64,000 nucleotides of DNA from contig CAZVRW010000006.1 of assembly GCA_964630265.1 (NCBI GenBank), positions 753-64,752 on the forward strand. The letters run 5' to 3'. Shown here in pieces: positions 33,443-42,905 of this stretch (position 1 is the stretch's first letter; every line of letters begins with the position of its first letter). The position numbers and the translations under genes are program-made. This DNA is from an uncultured Rhodospirillaceae bacterium. GTDB lineage: Bacteria > Pseudomonadota > Alphaproteobacteria > Rhodospirillales > Defluviicoccaceae. Under the pieces are notes generated by a model. It worked only from the letters and a program-made list of their open reading frames with translations, made no database searches and was not told the origin of the DNA.

Positions 33443-34216
33443 TTACGCCTCGATGACCATGCCGTCCCAGGCCGGTTCGATGCCGGCGGGCAGCCGCGCC
33501 GCCAGCGTTTCGTGGTCCAACGCGCCGCCGAGATGGGTCAGCACGCCGCGCTCAGGGCCGACGCGGGCGAACCACGCCAGCGCCTTGTCCACGTCGCAGT
33601 GCGTCGGGTGCGGCCGGTCGGTGAGCGTGCCGACGATCCAGACGCGCACGCCCGCCAGCAGCGAAAACGCATGCTCGGGCAGCTCCACCACGTCCGTCGT
33701 GTACGCCACCGGCCCGAAGCGAAAGCCGAACGTCCGGGAAAACCCGTGGCTCTGCTCGATCACCGCGACCGGAATCGTGCCGATGTCCAACGCGTCGCCG
33801 TCGCCGATGGCGTGCGGTGTCAGCGTCGGCTTGTAGTAGAACCGCGCCCCGGCATCCAAGGGTTCGAAAACATAGGGAAACCGCGCGCCGATGATGGCCA
33901 GCGTCCGCGTGTCGCCATAGACATCCAGCGGCGCGTTGCGCATCCGGTTGATCGCCCGGAGATCGTCGATACCGTGCAGATGGTCGGCGTGCGCGTGCGT
34001 GTACAGCACCGCGTCCACCGTCGCGACGCCCGCCGCCAGCAGTTGTTCGCGCAAATCCGGCGGCGTGTCGACCAGCAGCCGCGTCGTGCCGTCGTCCACC
34101 AGGATCGCCGGTCGCGTCCGCCGGTTCTTCGGGTTGGCGGGATCGCACGCCCCCCAGCCCCAGTCGATGGCCGGCGTCCCGCTCGAGGCGCCGGATCCGA
34201 GGATGGTTACCCTCAT
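33443..34216 (-). CDS. MBL-fold metallo-hydrolase (PhnP-like)
   Basis: MRVTILGSGASSGTP and YTHAHADHLHGIDDLR (HxHxDH motif). Confidence 0.85.
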   Translation of the reverse strand: MRVTILGSGASSGTPAIDWGWGACDPANPKNRRTRPAILVDDGTTRLLVDTPPDLREQLLAAGVATVDAVLYTHAHADHLHGIDDLRAINRMRNAPLDVYGDTRTLAIIGARFPYVFEPLDAGARFYYKPTLTPHAIGDGDALDIGTIPVAVIEQSHGFSRTFGFRFGPVAYTTDVVELPEHAFSLLAGVRVWIVGTLTDRPHPTHCDVDKALAWFARVGPERGVLTHLGGALDHETLAARLPAGIEPAWDGMVIEA

Positions 34217-34986
34217 GCGGCTTTTCTGAACAATCTGAAGAAGTTGTCGGTCGTCGCCGCGGCCAGGTCGTCGAGCGCCATGCCGCGGATCCGGGCGACC
34301 TCGGCGGCGGTGTGGTGGACGAACGCCGGCTCGTTGCGCTTGCCGCGCTTCGGCACCGGCGCCAGGTACGGCGCGTCGGTCTCCACCAGGATGCGGTCCA
34401 GCGGCAGCGCCGCCGCGGTCTCGCGCAGGGCCTCGGCCTTCTTGAAGGTGACGATGCCGGCGAAGGAGATGGAGAAGCCGAGATCGACTGCGGTTTCAGC
34501 AAGTTGTCGCGTCGAGCTGAAGCAATGCAGCAGGCCCGGAAAGGGCCCCTGCCCCATCTCCTCCGCGAGGATCCGGGCGGTATCGGCGTCGGCTTCGCGG
34601 GTGTGCACGACCAGCGGCAACTGTGCCGACCGTGCCGCCGCGATGTGGGCGCGGAAACTCCGCTGCTGCGCCTCGGCCGGGCTGTGCAGGTAGTGGTAGT
34701 CGAGGCCGGTCTCGCCGAAGCCGACCACCTTCGGGTGCTCGGCGAGACGGACCAGCGTCGCCGCCGACGTCTCCGGTTCCGACGCCGCCTCGTGCGGATG
34801 GATGCCCACGGTGCACCAGACGTTGTCGAACCGTTCCGCCACCGCCAGCACCCGCGGAAACCGGGTAAGGTGGGTGCAGATGGTCAGCATCGTCGCCACG
34901 CCCGCCTCGCCGGCCCGCGCGACGACGTCATCGAGTTCGTTGGCGAACTCCGGAAAGTCCAGATGACAATGGCTGTCGACGAGCAT
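34213..34986 (-). CDS. tatD: TatD family metal-dependent hydrolase
   Basis: MLVDSHCHLDF, GIHPHEA, LPLVVHTREA and ETDAPYL. The 521-aa track ORF is an unsupported N-terminal extension that overlaps the S8 gene in another frame. Confidence 0.92.
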   Translation of the reverse strand: MLVDSHCHLDFPEFANELDDVVARAGEAGVATMLTICTHLTRFPRVLAVAERFDNVWCTVGIHPHEAASEPETSAATLVRLAEHPKVVGFGETGLDYHYLHSPAEAQQRSFRAHIAAARSAQLPLVVHTREADADTARILAEEMGQGPFPGLLHCFSSTRQLAETAVDLGFSISFAGIVTFKKAEALRETAAALPLDRILVETDAPYLAPVPKRGKRNEPAFVHHTAAEVARIRGMALDDLAAATTDNFFRLFRKAA

Positions 34987-35123
34987 GCGCAATTCCCTTC
35001 CGGCGTCACGGCCCGACAGATATCGCGGCCGCTCCGGCGGTTGTCCAGACGCAGAAACGCGCGGTCGCTGCCGACCGCGCGTCTCCCGTTCGAGCGGACC
35101 CGCCGCGGCGGGTGGTCCGTTGG

Positions 35124-36623
35124 TCAGAAGTTGGCCAGGGCGAACGCCACGGCCGCGTCCACGTCGACCAGACCGTGACCCGTTGCCGCATCGACCCCGG
35201 CGTGGGCCTGAACGTTGAACCGCGGATGGTTGCTGCCCAGCGTGACGTCCACCGCGGTCGCCTTCAGCGCCTGCGTCACTTGGGCCGGCTTCAGCCCCGG
35301 CTTGGCGCCGAGGATCGCCGCCGCCGCACCGGCGATCTGCGGCGCCGCCGCCGAGGTCCCGGAAAACAGCGCCCAGCCATCGCCCGCCGTGGTGCCGTCG
35401 CCCTCGGGATCGTGGGGCAGCGCCGGCTGACTCTGGCCGACGTCGATCTGACAGCCGGGCGGGATCGGCAACATGATGTACTGGGCCCGCGGCAACATGC
35501 CGACCAGACCGGACACGTCGGGCACGATGACGTCCTGAAACCAGGGGCTCATATAGCCGCTGGTGTAGTTCGATGCCTGCAATTCCAGCGCCGCGCTGGC
35601 GAACGTGCCGCCGGCCGCCAGGACGCCGGGAACCTGCGGTTCGATGGTGAAGCTGCCGTTGCCGGCGGAGAAGACGACGAAAATGTCCTGTTCGACGGCG
35701 TCGAGAATCTCCATGGCCCAGGCGATGTCGAACGGATCGAGCGGTCCGGACGGCGGAAACGGACCATCGCCGCCCCACGAGTTGGTGAGGATCGCCGGCG
35801 CCATTTCCTTGGCGCGGAGGAAGCCGGCGATGGCGCCGACCAACCGCCCGGCGTTGTCGCTAGCGCGGATCGCATGCAGTTCGGCCGCCGGGGCGACGGC
35901 GAAGATGTTGGCCGACTCGCCGGTGCCGTGACCCACCGGATCCCGCGAGGGACTGGTATTCGGCACCACGGTGATCGTCGGTTTGACCGCGTAGCCGTGG
36001 GCCAGGAAGAACGGGTGGACCGCCTGACCGCTGTCCACCATGGCCACCTTGACGCCCTCCCCGACCATACCCTTGCGTTGCGCCGTCAGGGCATTCAGCA
36101 GCAGCGCCACATCGCCGGGAACGCGCAGGTGGAACTTCGACACCAACGGCGGGATCGGCGTCGGAAAGACGGCCTGCAACATCCGCGGCCGCTCCACCAG
36201 AACCGCCTCCAGTTCGGTCTCCTTGCGGCTCTTGATGCTAGCGGCGCAGCGCACCTCGGGCTGCCCCTTGCCGATCACGTCGATGTGGGTGACATAGCGC
36301 AGGCGGTCCACTTCGGCGTGCATCAGGCGTTCGAAGGCGACCAGCTTGCCGCCGGTCAGTTCTTCGAACGCGGCGGGACTCCCCGAGACGGCGATGCCGA
36401 TGCCGCTCGACGCCAGCACGGTGAAACCGTTCTTCTCCAGCGTCTTGCAGGCCGTGTCTCGATCCTCACGGCTCGCCCGATAGGGGGCGGTTCCGGCGGT
36501 GAGCGCGTCGATGCCGGCGTCGAGCACCGACTTGCCGCCTTGCGAGCGGACCGAGACATAGCCCTGCAGAACCTCGGGAATCGGCGTGCTCGATGGGATC
36601 TCGAGTGGCAGACGGGAATGCAT
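35124..36623 (-). CDS. Subtilisin-like (S8) serine peptidase with an N-terminal propeptide-like region and no signal peptide
   Basis: Asp box VKVAMVDSGQ, His box VGHGTGES, oxyanion NSWGG, Ser box FSGTSAAAPQIAG. The ATG at 36623 is preceded by AAGGAGGT. Confidence 0.85.
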   Translation of the reverse strand: MHSRLPLEIPSSTPIPEVLQGYVSVRSQGGKSVLDAGIDALTAGTAPYRASREDRDTACKTLEKNGFTVLASSGIGIAVSGSPAAFEELTGGKLVAFERLMHAEVDRLRYVTHIDVIGKGQPEVRCAASIKSRKETELEAVLVERPRMLQAVFPTPIPPLVSKFHLRVPGDVALLLNALTAQRKGMVGEGVKVAMVDSGQAVHPFFLAHGYAVKPTITVVPNTSPSRDPVGHGTGESANIFAVAPAAELHAIRASDNAGRLVGAIAGFLRAKEMAPAILTNSWGGDGPFPPSGPLDPFDIAWAMEILDAVEQDIFVVFSAGNGSFTIEPQVPGVLAAGGTFASAALELQASNYTSGYMSPWFQDVIVPDVSGLVGMLPRAQYIMLPIPPGCQIDVGQSQPALPHDPEGDGTTAGDGWALFSGTSAAAPQIAGAAAAILGAKPGLKPAQVTQALKATAVDVTLGSNHPRFNVQAHAGVDAATGHGLVDVDAAVAFALANF

Positions 36624-36624
36624 G

Positions 36625-37017
36625 TCACCAACCTCCTTTCTGGTACGCAGGCGGGCGACGAATGGAAATCGCAGAGATGGCGTCACGAAGCGCCTCGGGA
36701 ACCGGCAGGGCGATGGGCATCTCCCGTCCTTCCAGAGTAACGTCGAAGGCCTTTTCGAACGTCGCCCGGTCACCCGCGGCCAACAGGCCCTGCCGCATCG
36801 GCAGGACCGTCAGCCCCCGTTCGGCGAGCCAATGGTCGGCCGCGCGATCCGGGCCGGCCTTCGCCCAGAGCAGCATGGCCTCGAGATGATCCCCGGCTTC
36901 CGGGGTGTCCCCGCCCGCCTGTCCGTGCTTCGATGACTTTCCGTGCGTCATCCGACGCTGTCCTGCATGGGCGCGGCCGCTTGCTGCGGCACCGCGGTTG
37001 TGACGCGAGCGCGTCAT
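36625..37017 (-). CDS. Small hypothetical protein resembling the S8 peptidase N-terminal (propeptide-like) region
   Basis: Its stop codon ends 1 nt before the peptidase ATG. LAERGLTVLPMRQGLLAAGDRATFEKAF parallels LEKNGFTVLASSGIGIAVSGSPAAFEEL of the peptidase. Start is 37017 or ATG 36951. Confidence 0.5.
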   Translation of the reverse strand: MTRSRHNRGAAASGRAHAGQRRMTHGKSSKHGQAGGDTPEAGDHLEAMLLWAKAGPDRAADHWLAERGLTVLPMRQGLLAAGDRATFEKAFDVTLEGREMPIALPVPEALRDAISAISIRRPPAYQKGGW

Positions 37018-37181
37018 GGAGCAAAAAGTTCACCACATCCCGCAAGGCTTGTCTGTAAAATCCATCACAGTCCCACGGCGACCACCCCTCCCGCTTGATC
37101 GCGCGCCGGCCGGCGGTATCTGACCCGGTGGCCGGCGATGTCCACACAGGGTCATTCAGCGGCGCGACGGGTTGGCGGGAA

Positions 37182-37269
37182 ATCCTACAAAATCCTACTT
37201 TTTCCTACAAAAGCATACATTTCGACGAGCCGCCGAAAACAGAGTGCTTTTGTTTCAGTCAGTTGTAGG
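37182..37269. promoter_or_regulatory. Phased TCCTACA direct repeats plus one inverted copy in an AT-rich intergenic region
   Basis: ATCCTACAA at 37182, ATCCTAC at 37192, TTCCTACAA at 37202 (10-11 bp phasing), a degenerate GCATACA at 37213, and an inverted TTGTAGG at 37263-37269. It lies between the metG stop and the small ORF/S8 operon start. Confidence 0.4.
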
Positions 37270-37314
37270 TTTTTTCAATGGCTTAAGGTGGTCAAGACCC
37301 GCCTTTTTGCGGCA

Positions 37315-38889
37315 TCATTCGTGCACATTTGGCAACGGAGTCGCCATTTCGACGGCCAGTCGCGGGAACACCGGCGTCGGCTTCGGCAGCGGCGTGCCGG
37401 GTTCGAGCGCGTGGTCGGGGCCGAGGCAAGCGAAGCCGCGCCGGTCGGCGTCGACGGCAAGCTGATCGAGCATGCGGGCCGCGGTTTCCGGCGTCACCGG
37501 CTGCATCAGGATCGCCAGGTGGCGGATCGCCTCGCAGAGCACGTACAGCACCGTCGCCATGCGGTCCGGGTCGGCCTTGCGCAGGGCCCACGGGGCTTGG
37601 CGGTCGACATAGCCGTTGGCGGCGCGGACCACCGTCCACAACCGGTCGAGCACCTCGTGGAAGGCCTGGATGTCCATCGCCTCGCGCAGCGCCGGCAGCA
37701 GCGCATGGGCCGCGGCGAGCAGGCTCTCGTCCTCGGGGGTCAGCGGCCCCGGCGCCGGCACACATTCGGCGCAGTTGCGATTGACCATGGAGAGCACCCG
37801 TTGCGCCAAGTTGCCCAGTTCGTTGGCGAGTTCGCCGTTGACCCGGTTGACGACGCTCTCGTGGCTGAAGTCGCCATCGTTGCCGAACGGCACCTCGCGC
37901 AACATGACATAGCGCACCGGGTCGAGGCCGTAGGTCGCCACCAGGTGCAGCGGGTCGATGGCGTTGCCGAGGGATTTGGACATCTTCTGTCCCTCGACCG
38001 TCCACCAGCCGTGGGCGAAGACCCGCTTCGGCGGCTCCAGCCCTGCCGCCATCAGGAACGCCGGCCAGTAGACGGCGTGGAAGCGCAGGATGTCCTTGCC
38101 GACCATGTGAACGTCGGCCGGCCAATAGCGGGCATAGTCGCCGCCTTCGATCTCCGGATAGCCGACCGCGGTGATGTAGTTGGTGAGCGCGTCCAGCCAG
38201 ACGTACATGACGTGCTTCGGGTCGCCCGGCACCGGCACGCCCCAGTCGAAGGTGGTGCGCGAGACCGAGAGGTCCTGCAGCCCGCCCTTGACGAAGCTGA
38301 CGACCTCGTTCAGCCGGGTGCGCGGCAGCACGAAGTCCGGCCGCTCCGCATAGAGGGCCAGCAGTCGGTCCTGCCAGGCGGACAGGCGGAAGAAATAGCT
38401 GGGCTCCTCCACCCACTCCACCGGCGCGCCGGAGGGGCCGACCCGGGTGCCGTCGGCCAGCGTCGAAAGTTCGCTCTCCGTATAGAACGCCTCGTCGCGC
38501 ACCGCGTACCAGCCGGCATAGGCACCGGCGTAGATCTCGCCGGCATCGACCAGTGCCTGCCACAGGGCCTGGCAGGACCGCCGGTGCCGCGCTTCCGTGG
38601 TGCGGATGAAATCGTCGTTGGAGAAGTTCATGACCCGCGCCAGGTCGCGGAAGTTCTGCGAGACCCGGTCGGTGAAGTCGTGCGGCGTGATGCCGGCCGC
38701 GGCCGCCGCCTTGACCACCTTCTGGCCATGCTCGTCGGTCCCGGTCAGGAACTTGACGTCGAAGCCGTCCAGTCGCTTGAAGCGGGCGAGCACGTCGCAC
38801 GCGAGCGTCGTGTACATGTGGCCGATGTGCGGCACGTCGTTGACATAATAGATGGGAGTCGTGACGTAAAAGCTGTTCGCCGCGGCCAT
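37315..38889 (-). CDS. metG: Methionyl-tRNA synthetase (short form)
   Basis: YVTTPIYYVNDVPHIGH (HIGH motif) and KMSKSLGN (KMSKS motif), 524 aa. Confidence 0.95.
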   Translation of the reverse strand: MAAANSFYVTTPIYYVNDVPHIGHMYTTLACDVLARFKRLDGFDVKFLTGTDEHGQKVVKAAAAAGITPHDFTDRVSQNFRDLARVMNFSNDDFIRTTEARHRRSCQALWQALVDAGEIYAGAYAGWYAVRDEAFYTESELSTLADGTRVGPSGAPVEWVEEPSYFFRLSAWQDRLLALYAERPDFVLPRTRLNEVVSFVKGGLQDLSVSRTTFDWGVPVPGDPKHVMYVWLDALTNYITAVGYPEIEGGDYARYWPADVHMVGKDILRFHAVYWPAFLMAAGLEPPKRVFAHGWWTVEGQKMSKSLGNAIDPLHLVATYGLDPVRYVMLREVPFGNDGDFSHESVVNRVNGELANELGNLAQRVLSMVNRNCAECVPAPGPLTPEDESLLAAAHALLPALREAMDIQAFHEVLDRLWTVVRAANGYVDRQAPWALRKADPDRMATVLYVLCEAIRHLAILMQPVTPETAARMLDQLAVDADRRGFACLGPDHALEPGTPLPKPTPVFPRLAVEMATPLPNVHE

Positions 38890-38931
38890 GGGACTGATCC
38901 TTCGCTCGCTTTTGCTACCGCCACGCCGGGG

Positions 38932-40029
38932 TCAGGCGCGGACTGCGCTTTGCAGGTGCGTGAACACGGTCAGGGTCACCTGTTTGCGATCGAGGGAAGC
39001 GCTGTCGACGCGGGCGAGAAGAGCGCCGACCTTGTCCCACACCTCCAGCCATCGATCAAGGCCACCGGCGCCGGCGAGCCGACCGATCACGGCCGCCGGC
39101 CCGGGGTCATCGGCTCCACAGGCGCCGGTGCCGGCGGCGCGGATGATGCTCGCGAGCAGGCCGCGCAGCATCTCCATGGCCACCGCAAACGTCTCGCCGG
39201 CGTCCGCCTTGCCGATCCGCTCGCCGAAGGCAAGCACGGCCGCGACATCGAGCCGCGGCAGGTCGGCGATCAGCCGCAGCAGCTCGTCATGCAGGCCGCC
39301 GCCCCCCTGCCCCGCCAGCGTCAGGGCGCGGCCGATGCTGCCGGCCGCCAGGTGCGCCAGCGCCGCCGCGTCGGCCGGGGCGAGGTCCGGCGCGTAGCGG
39401 CCGAGCAGCTCCACCACGGTCGCGTCGGCGAGCGGCCCGAGCGTCAGCCGCCGGCAGCGGGAGCGGATGGTCGGCAGCAGCCGGCCGAAATTGTGGGCGA
39501 CGAGCAGCAGCAGCGTCCGCGCCGGCGGCTCCTCCAGCACCTTGAGCAGGGCGTTGGCGGCGTTGATGTTCATCTCGTCCGCGGCATCGACGATTACCAC
39601 CCGCCAGCCGCCCTCGGCCGCCGTGTGCGCCACCAGGCCCTGCACGGCACGCACATCGTCGACGACGATCTCGCTGCGCCGCCGACTGGCCTTCTCGTCC
39701 CAGCGCCGTTCCACCGTGACCAGGTCGAGATGGCCACCGGCCGCAACGCGCTGGAACACCGGCGCGTCCGCAGCGACGAACAGGCAGCCGGGCGGCGGCG
39801 GCGCGCCGAACAGCGACGGTGCCGGCGCCGCCGCATCGCCGTGCGCCAGGAGAAAACGGCCCAAGCGGAACGCCAGCGTCGCCTTGCCGATGCCGCGCGG
39901 CCCGGTGATCAGCCAGGCATGCGGCAGCCGGCCGCTCAGCCATGCCGCCAGCAGCGTCTGCTCCGCCGCCGCGTGACCGAGCAGGTCCGGATTGGCGCGC
40001 GGCTCCGGCCAAGGGGCAGCGCTCATCAC
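38932..40029 (-). CDS. holB: DNA polymerase III delta-prime subunit
   Basis: HAWLITGPRGIGKATLAFR, VVIVDAADEMN, NALLKVLEEPP and SRC motif TIRSRCRRL. Confidence 0.9.
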   Translation of the reverse strand: MMSAAPWPEPRANPDLLGHAAAEQTLLAAWLSGRLPHAWLITGPRGIGKATLAFRLGRFLLAHGDAAAPAPSLFGAPPPPGCLFVAADAPVFQRVAAGGHLDLVTVERRWDEKASRRRSEIVVDDVRAVQGLVAHTAAEGGWRVVIVDAADEMNINAANALLKVLEEPPARTLLLLVAHNFGRLLPTIRSRCRRLTLGPLADATVVELLGRYAPDLAPADAAALAHLAAGSIGRALTLAGQGGGGLHDELLRLIADLPRLDVAAVLAFGERIGKADAGETFAVAMEMLRGLLASIIRAAGTGACGADDPGPAAVIGRLAGAGGLDRWLEVWDKVGALLARVDSASLDRKQVTLTVFTHLQSAVRA

Positions 40030-40685
40030 GCCGTCTCCCGGAGCATCGCGAACTCGGGGAAGCGCTCGGCGACGATCCGCCGGATGTCCGCTGCCACCGC
40101 GTCTTCCGGGCGAGCGGCGTCGACGACGACGCAGCGCTCGGGCTCACGCCGGGCGATCTCCAGGAATCCGGCACGCACCCGGGCGTGGAACGGCCGGTCC
40201 ATGCGTTCGTAGCGATCGCCGTCCGGGGTTCGCGCCCGGGCCCGGTCGAGGCCGGCATCGACGTCGAGGTCGAGCAGGATCGTCAGGTCGGGCTTGACGC
40301 CGCGCAGCACCCATGTGTGCAGGGCGGCGACCACCTCATGCCCGAGCCCTTGAGCGTATCCCTGGTAGGCGGTGGTCGAGTCGGCGAAGCGGTCGCACAC
40401 CACGCAGTCGCCGCGGGCGAGCGCCGGCAGAACGGCGTGATCCAGGTGGTCGCGCCGCGCCGCAGAATGCAGCAGCGCCTCGGTCATCGGACTCCAGGTG
40501 GCGTCCGCGGGGTCGACGAGCAGCGCGCGGATCGCCTCGGCGCCGCGGGAGCCACCGGGTTCGCGGGTGACCAGCACCGGCCGGCCCGCACGCTCCAACG
40601 TCAACGCCAGCCGGCGGACTTGGGTGGACTTGCCGGCCCCCTCGCCGCCCTCGACGGTGAGAAAACGGCCGCGTGGTCCGGTCAG
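40026..40685 (-). CDS. tmk: Thymidylate kinase; the conserved N-terminus requires a non-canonical (CTG) start
   Basis: REPGG and the DRF motif lie inside the track ORF (from TTG 40604). The P-loop GRFLTVEGGEGAGKST is encoded in frame upstream of it, with no ATG/GTG/TTG before the upstream stop. A CTG at 40683-40685 overlaps the dacC stop. Confidence 0.8.
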   Translation of the reverse strand: MTGPRGRFLTVEGGEGAGKSTQVRRLALTLERAGRPVLVTREPGGSRGAEAIRALLVDPADATWSPMTEALLHSAARRDHLDHAVLPALARGDCVVCDRFADSTTAYQGYAQGLGHEVVAALHTWVLRGVKPDLTILLDLDVDAGLDRARARTPDGDRYERMDRPFHARVRAGFLEIARREPERCVVVDAARPEDAVAADIRRIVAERFPEFAMLRETA

Positions 40686-41869
40686 TTCAGCCGCTCCGTG
40701 ATCATCCCCTCCAACGTGGCGATCAGCCGCCAGAACAGGCCCAGCTCACCGACATCGGCGGCGGCGACCAGCGGCTGGCGCACCGGCTCGTGACCGGGGG
40801 CGGTGATCACCACGACCGCAAGGGGGTCGCCGGCCTTGATCGGCGCCGGGATCGGGCCGTCGTACTTGACGGTCACCGTCATGTTCTCCCGCGCCTCCCG
40901 CTGCATCGTGACCAGGAGATCGCGATCGGTGGTCAACGGAACCGTCTTCTGGTCGCCGAGCCACACTTCGGCCTCGGAGATCGGCTCGCCGGCCGTCAGC
41001 AGGCGGTAGGTGTCGAACTCGCGGAAACCCCAGTCGAGGATCCGCTCCGCCTCGGTGGCCCGCTCGCGGGCGCTCTCCAGGCCGTTGACGACGAGGATCA
41101 GTCGGCGACCGTCGCGGACGCCCGATGCGGTGAGACCGTAGCCGGCGGCGCGGGTGTGTCCCGTTTTCAGGCCATCGGCCCCCTTCTGCAGCAGCGGGTT
41201 GCGGTTGCCCTGTCGGATGCCGTTGTGGGTGAACTCCGGCTCGGCGTAGAACGCTGCATAGAGTTCCGGGAAATCGGCGATCGTCCGCATGGCGAGGGTT
41301 GCCATGTCTCGTGCCGTTGTCAGGTGTCCCTCGTCCGGCCATCCGGTCGCGTTCTTGAAGGTGCTGTTGGTCAGCCCGATCTCCAAGCCGCGCCGGGTCA
41401 TCGCCTCGGCGAAGGCGGCCTCGCCGCCGGAAATCGCTTCGGCGGCGACGATCGAGGCATCGTTTCCGGACGAAACGATGATCCCGTGCAGCAGGTCCTC
41501 GATGGTCACCGATTCGCCGGGCTGCAGAAACATGGTCGAGCCGCCGCTGGCGGCGCCACCCTTTTGCCAAGCGTTGTCGCTGACCGTCACCGTGTCGTCC
41601 AGCTTCAGCCGACCGTCGTGCAGCCGCTCGAAGATCATGTAGACGGTCATCATCTTGCTCATGGACGCCGGCGGCATCGGCCGGTCGGCGTCCTTCTCGA
41701 GCAGCACGGCGCCGGTCTGGAAGTCCATGAGGACCGCCTCACGGGCATTGGTCTCGAAGGCGTGGGCCGGGACGATGAGTGTCCACGCCGCAAGCAACGC
41801 CAGGGCGACGACGCTCAACACCGATCGGTGGCAAGAATTGCGTTCGGCCCGTGTCGTCTGAGATTTCAC
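40682..41869 (-). CDS. dacC: D-alanyl-D-alanine carboxypeptidase (S11, PBP5/6-like)
   Basis: Signal peptide, SxxK motif ASMSKMMT, SGN motif VSSGND, KTG motif LKTGHT. Confidence 0.9.
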   Translation of the reverse strand: MKSQTTRAERNSCHRSVLSVVALALLAAWTLIVPAHAFETNAREAVLMDFQTGAVLLEKDADRPMPPASMSKMMTVYMIFERLHDGRLKLDDTVTVSDNAWQKGGAASGGSTMFLQPGESVTIEDLLHGIIVSSGNDASIVAAEAISGGEAAFAEAMTRRGLEIGLTNSTFKNATGWPDEGHLTTARDMATLAMRTIADFPELYAAFYAEPEFTHNGIRQGNRNPLLQKGADGLKTGHTRAAGYGLTASGVRDGRRLILVVNGLESARERATEAERILDWGFREFDTYRLLTAGEPISEAEVWLGDQKTVPLTTDRDLLVTMQREARENMTVTVKYDGPIPAPIKAGDPLAVVVITAPGHEPVRQPLVAAADVGELGLFWRLIATLEGMITERLN

Positions 41870-41972
41870 GACTGTATCCTGCCTTGCTGGTCAATCAATG
41901 TGTTCGCTGGCACTCGGTTCGCTGGCACTGGGTTCGCCGACGCTGGGCTCGCCGGTCGGCACGAGCGCTCCG

Positions 41973-42905
41973 TCACTCCATGACGATCCGCGATTCAGGG
42001 TAGCCGGCGCGGACCACCTGCGCCAACACCTCTTGCGCGGCGGCGTGCGTTTCCACCGGACCAACGCGCACCCGGTAGAAGTCGGCGTCGCCGAGCCGGA
42101 CGGTGGAGATGATCACGGGCCCGACATCGGCGAGCCGGCTGCGGACGGCATCGGCCCTTGGATAGGCCGAGAAGGCTCCCGCCTGAACCCAGGTCCCCGA
42201 CGGCGCGTAGCCGACGAGTGCAGTGGGGGCGGCGGCCTCGGGGGACGGTTGCGCCGTCGCGGGCTGCGGCACGACCGCCGGCTCCCCCGCCGCAGCGGCG
42301 TCGGGGATCGGGTCCGGCACAGCCACCGCGGCGACGGCGACGGGTTCTTCGGCCGGCGCGCCGCTGGCCAAGCGCAGTTCGCTCGGATCGAGCCCCTGGG
42401 CGATCAGGCTTTGTTCGGCCAGCACGCGGACGCGAACACGGGCCACGCCTTGGCTCTTGAAGTCGAGCAGCTCCGCCGCCCGTCTCGAGACGTCGATGAT
42501 TCGGCCCTCGGCGAACGGCCCGCGATCGTTGACCCTGAGTTCCAGGCTGCGACCGTTCTCCAGGTTGGTGACCTGGACGATGCTCGGCAGCGGCAGTGTG
42601 GGGTGGGCGGCGGTCAGGGCATTCATGTTGAAGCGCTCGCCGCTGGCGGTCAGGCGACCGTGAAAATGCCCCCCATACCACGATGCCTTGCCTTCCTCGT
42701 CATAGGCATAGTCGGCCCGCGGCTCATAGCGCACCCCGTTGATCTCATAGGGTCGCCCGATCTTAGCACCCCGAGGCGGCTCGACGCGGCTCAAGTGCTT
42801 CGCCGTCTGCGCCGCGAACTCGGTCTCAGCACAGCCGGCGAGGCCGACAAGCGCCGCCATGGCGGCGAGACAAATGATGCGGGACGGCGCCCGGCGGAAT
42901 CTCAT
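41973..42905 (-). CDS. rlpA: Septal ring lytic transglycosylase RlpA with a C-terminal SPOR domain
   Basis: Lipobox LAGC. DPBB region [21 protein letters not shown]...[29 protein letters not shown] Pro/Ala linker, then a SPOR-like end (WVQAGAF...FYRVRVGP). Confidence 0.9.
   Translation of the reverse strand: MRFRRAPSRIICLAAMAALVGLAGCAETEFAAQTAKHLSRVEPPRGAKIGRPYEINGVRYEPRADYAYDEEGKASWYGGHFHGRLTASGERFNMNALTAAHPTLPLPSIVQVTNLENGRSLELRVNDRGPFAEGRIIDVSRRAAELLDFKSQGVARVRVRVLAEQSLIAQGLDPSELRLASGAPAEEPVAVAAVAVPDPIPDAAAAGEPAVVPQPATAQPSPEAAAPTALVGYAPSGTWVQAGAFSAYPRADAVRSRLADVGPVIISTVRLGDADFYRVRVGPVETHAAAQEVLAQVVRAGYPESRIVME

Noticed and set aside
34987-35778. N-terminal extension of tatD to a 521-aa ORF
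   Set aside because: TatD family proteins start at the MLVDSHCHLDF motif (ATG 34986). The extension overlaps the 3' part of the S8 peptidase gene on the same strand in another frame, and it is Arg/Gly-rich.
37138-40212. 1024-aa plus-strand ORF
   Set aside because: It is antisense to metG, holB and tmk, all of which are clearly real. Its composition is low-complexity Arg/Gly/Ala/Asp-rich.
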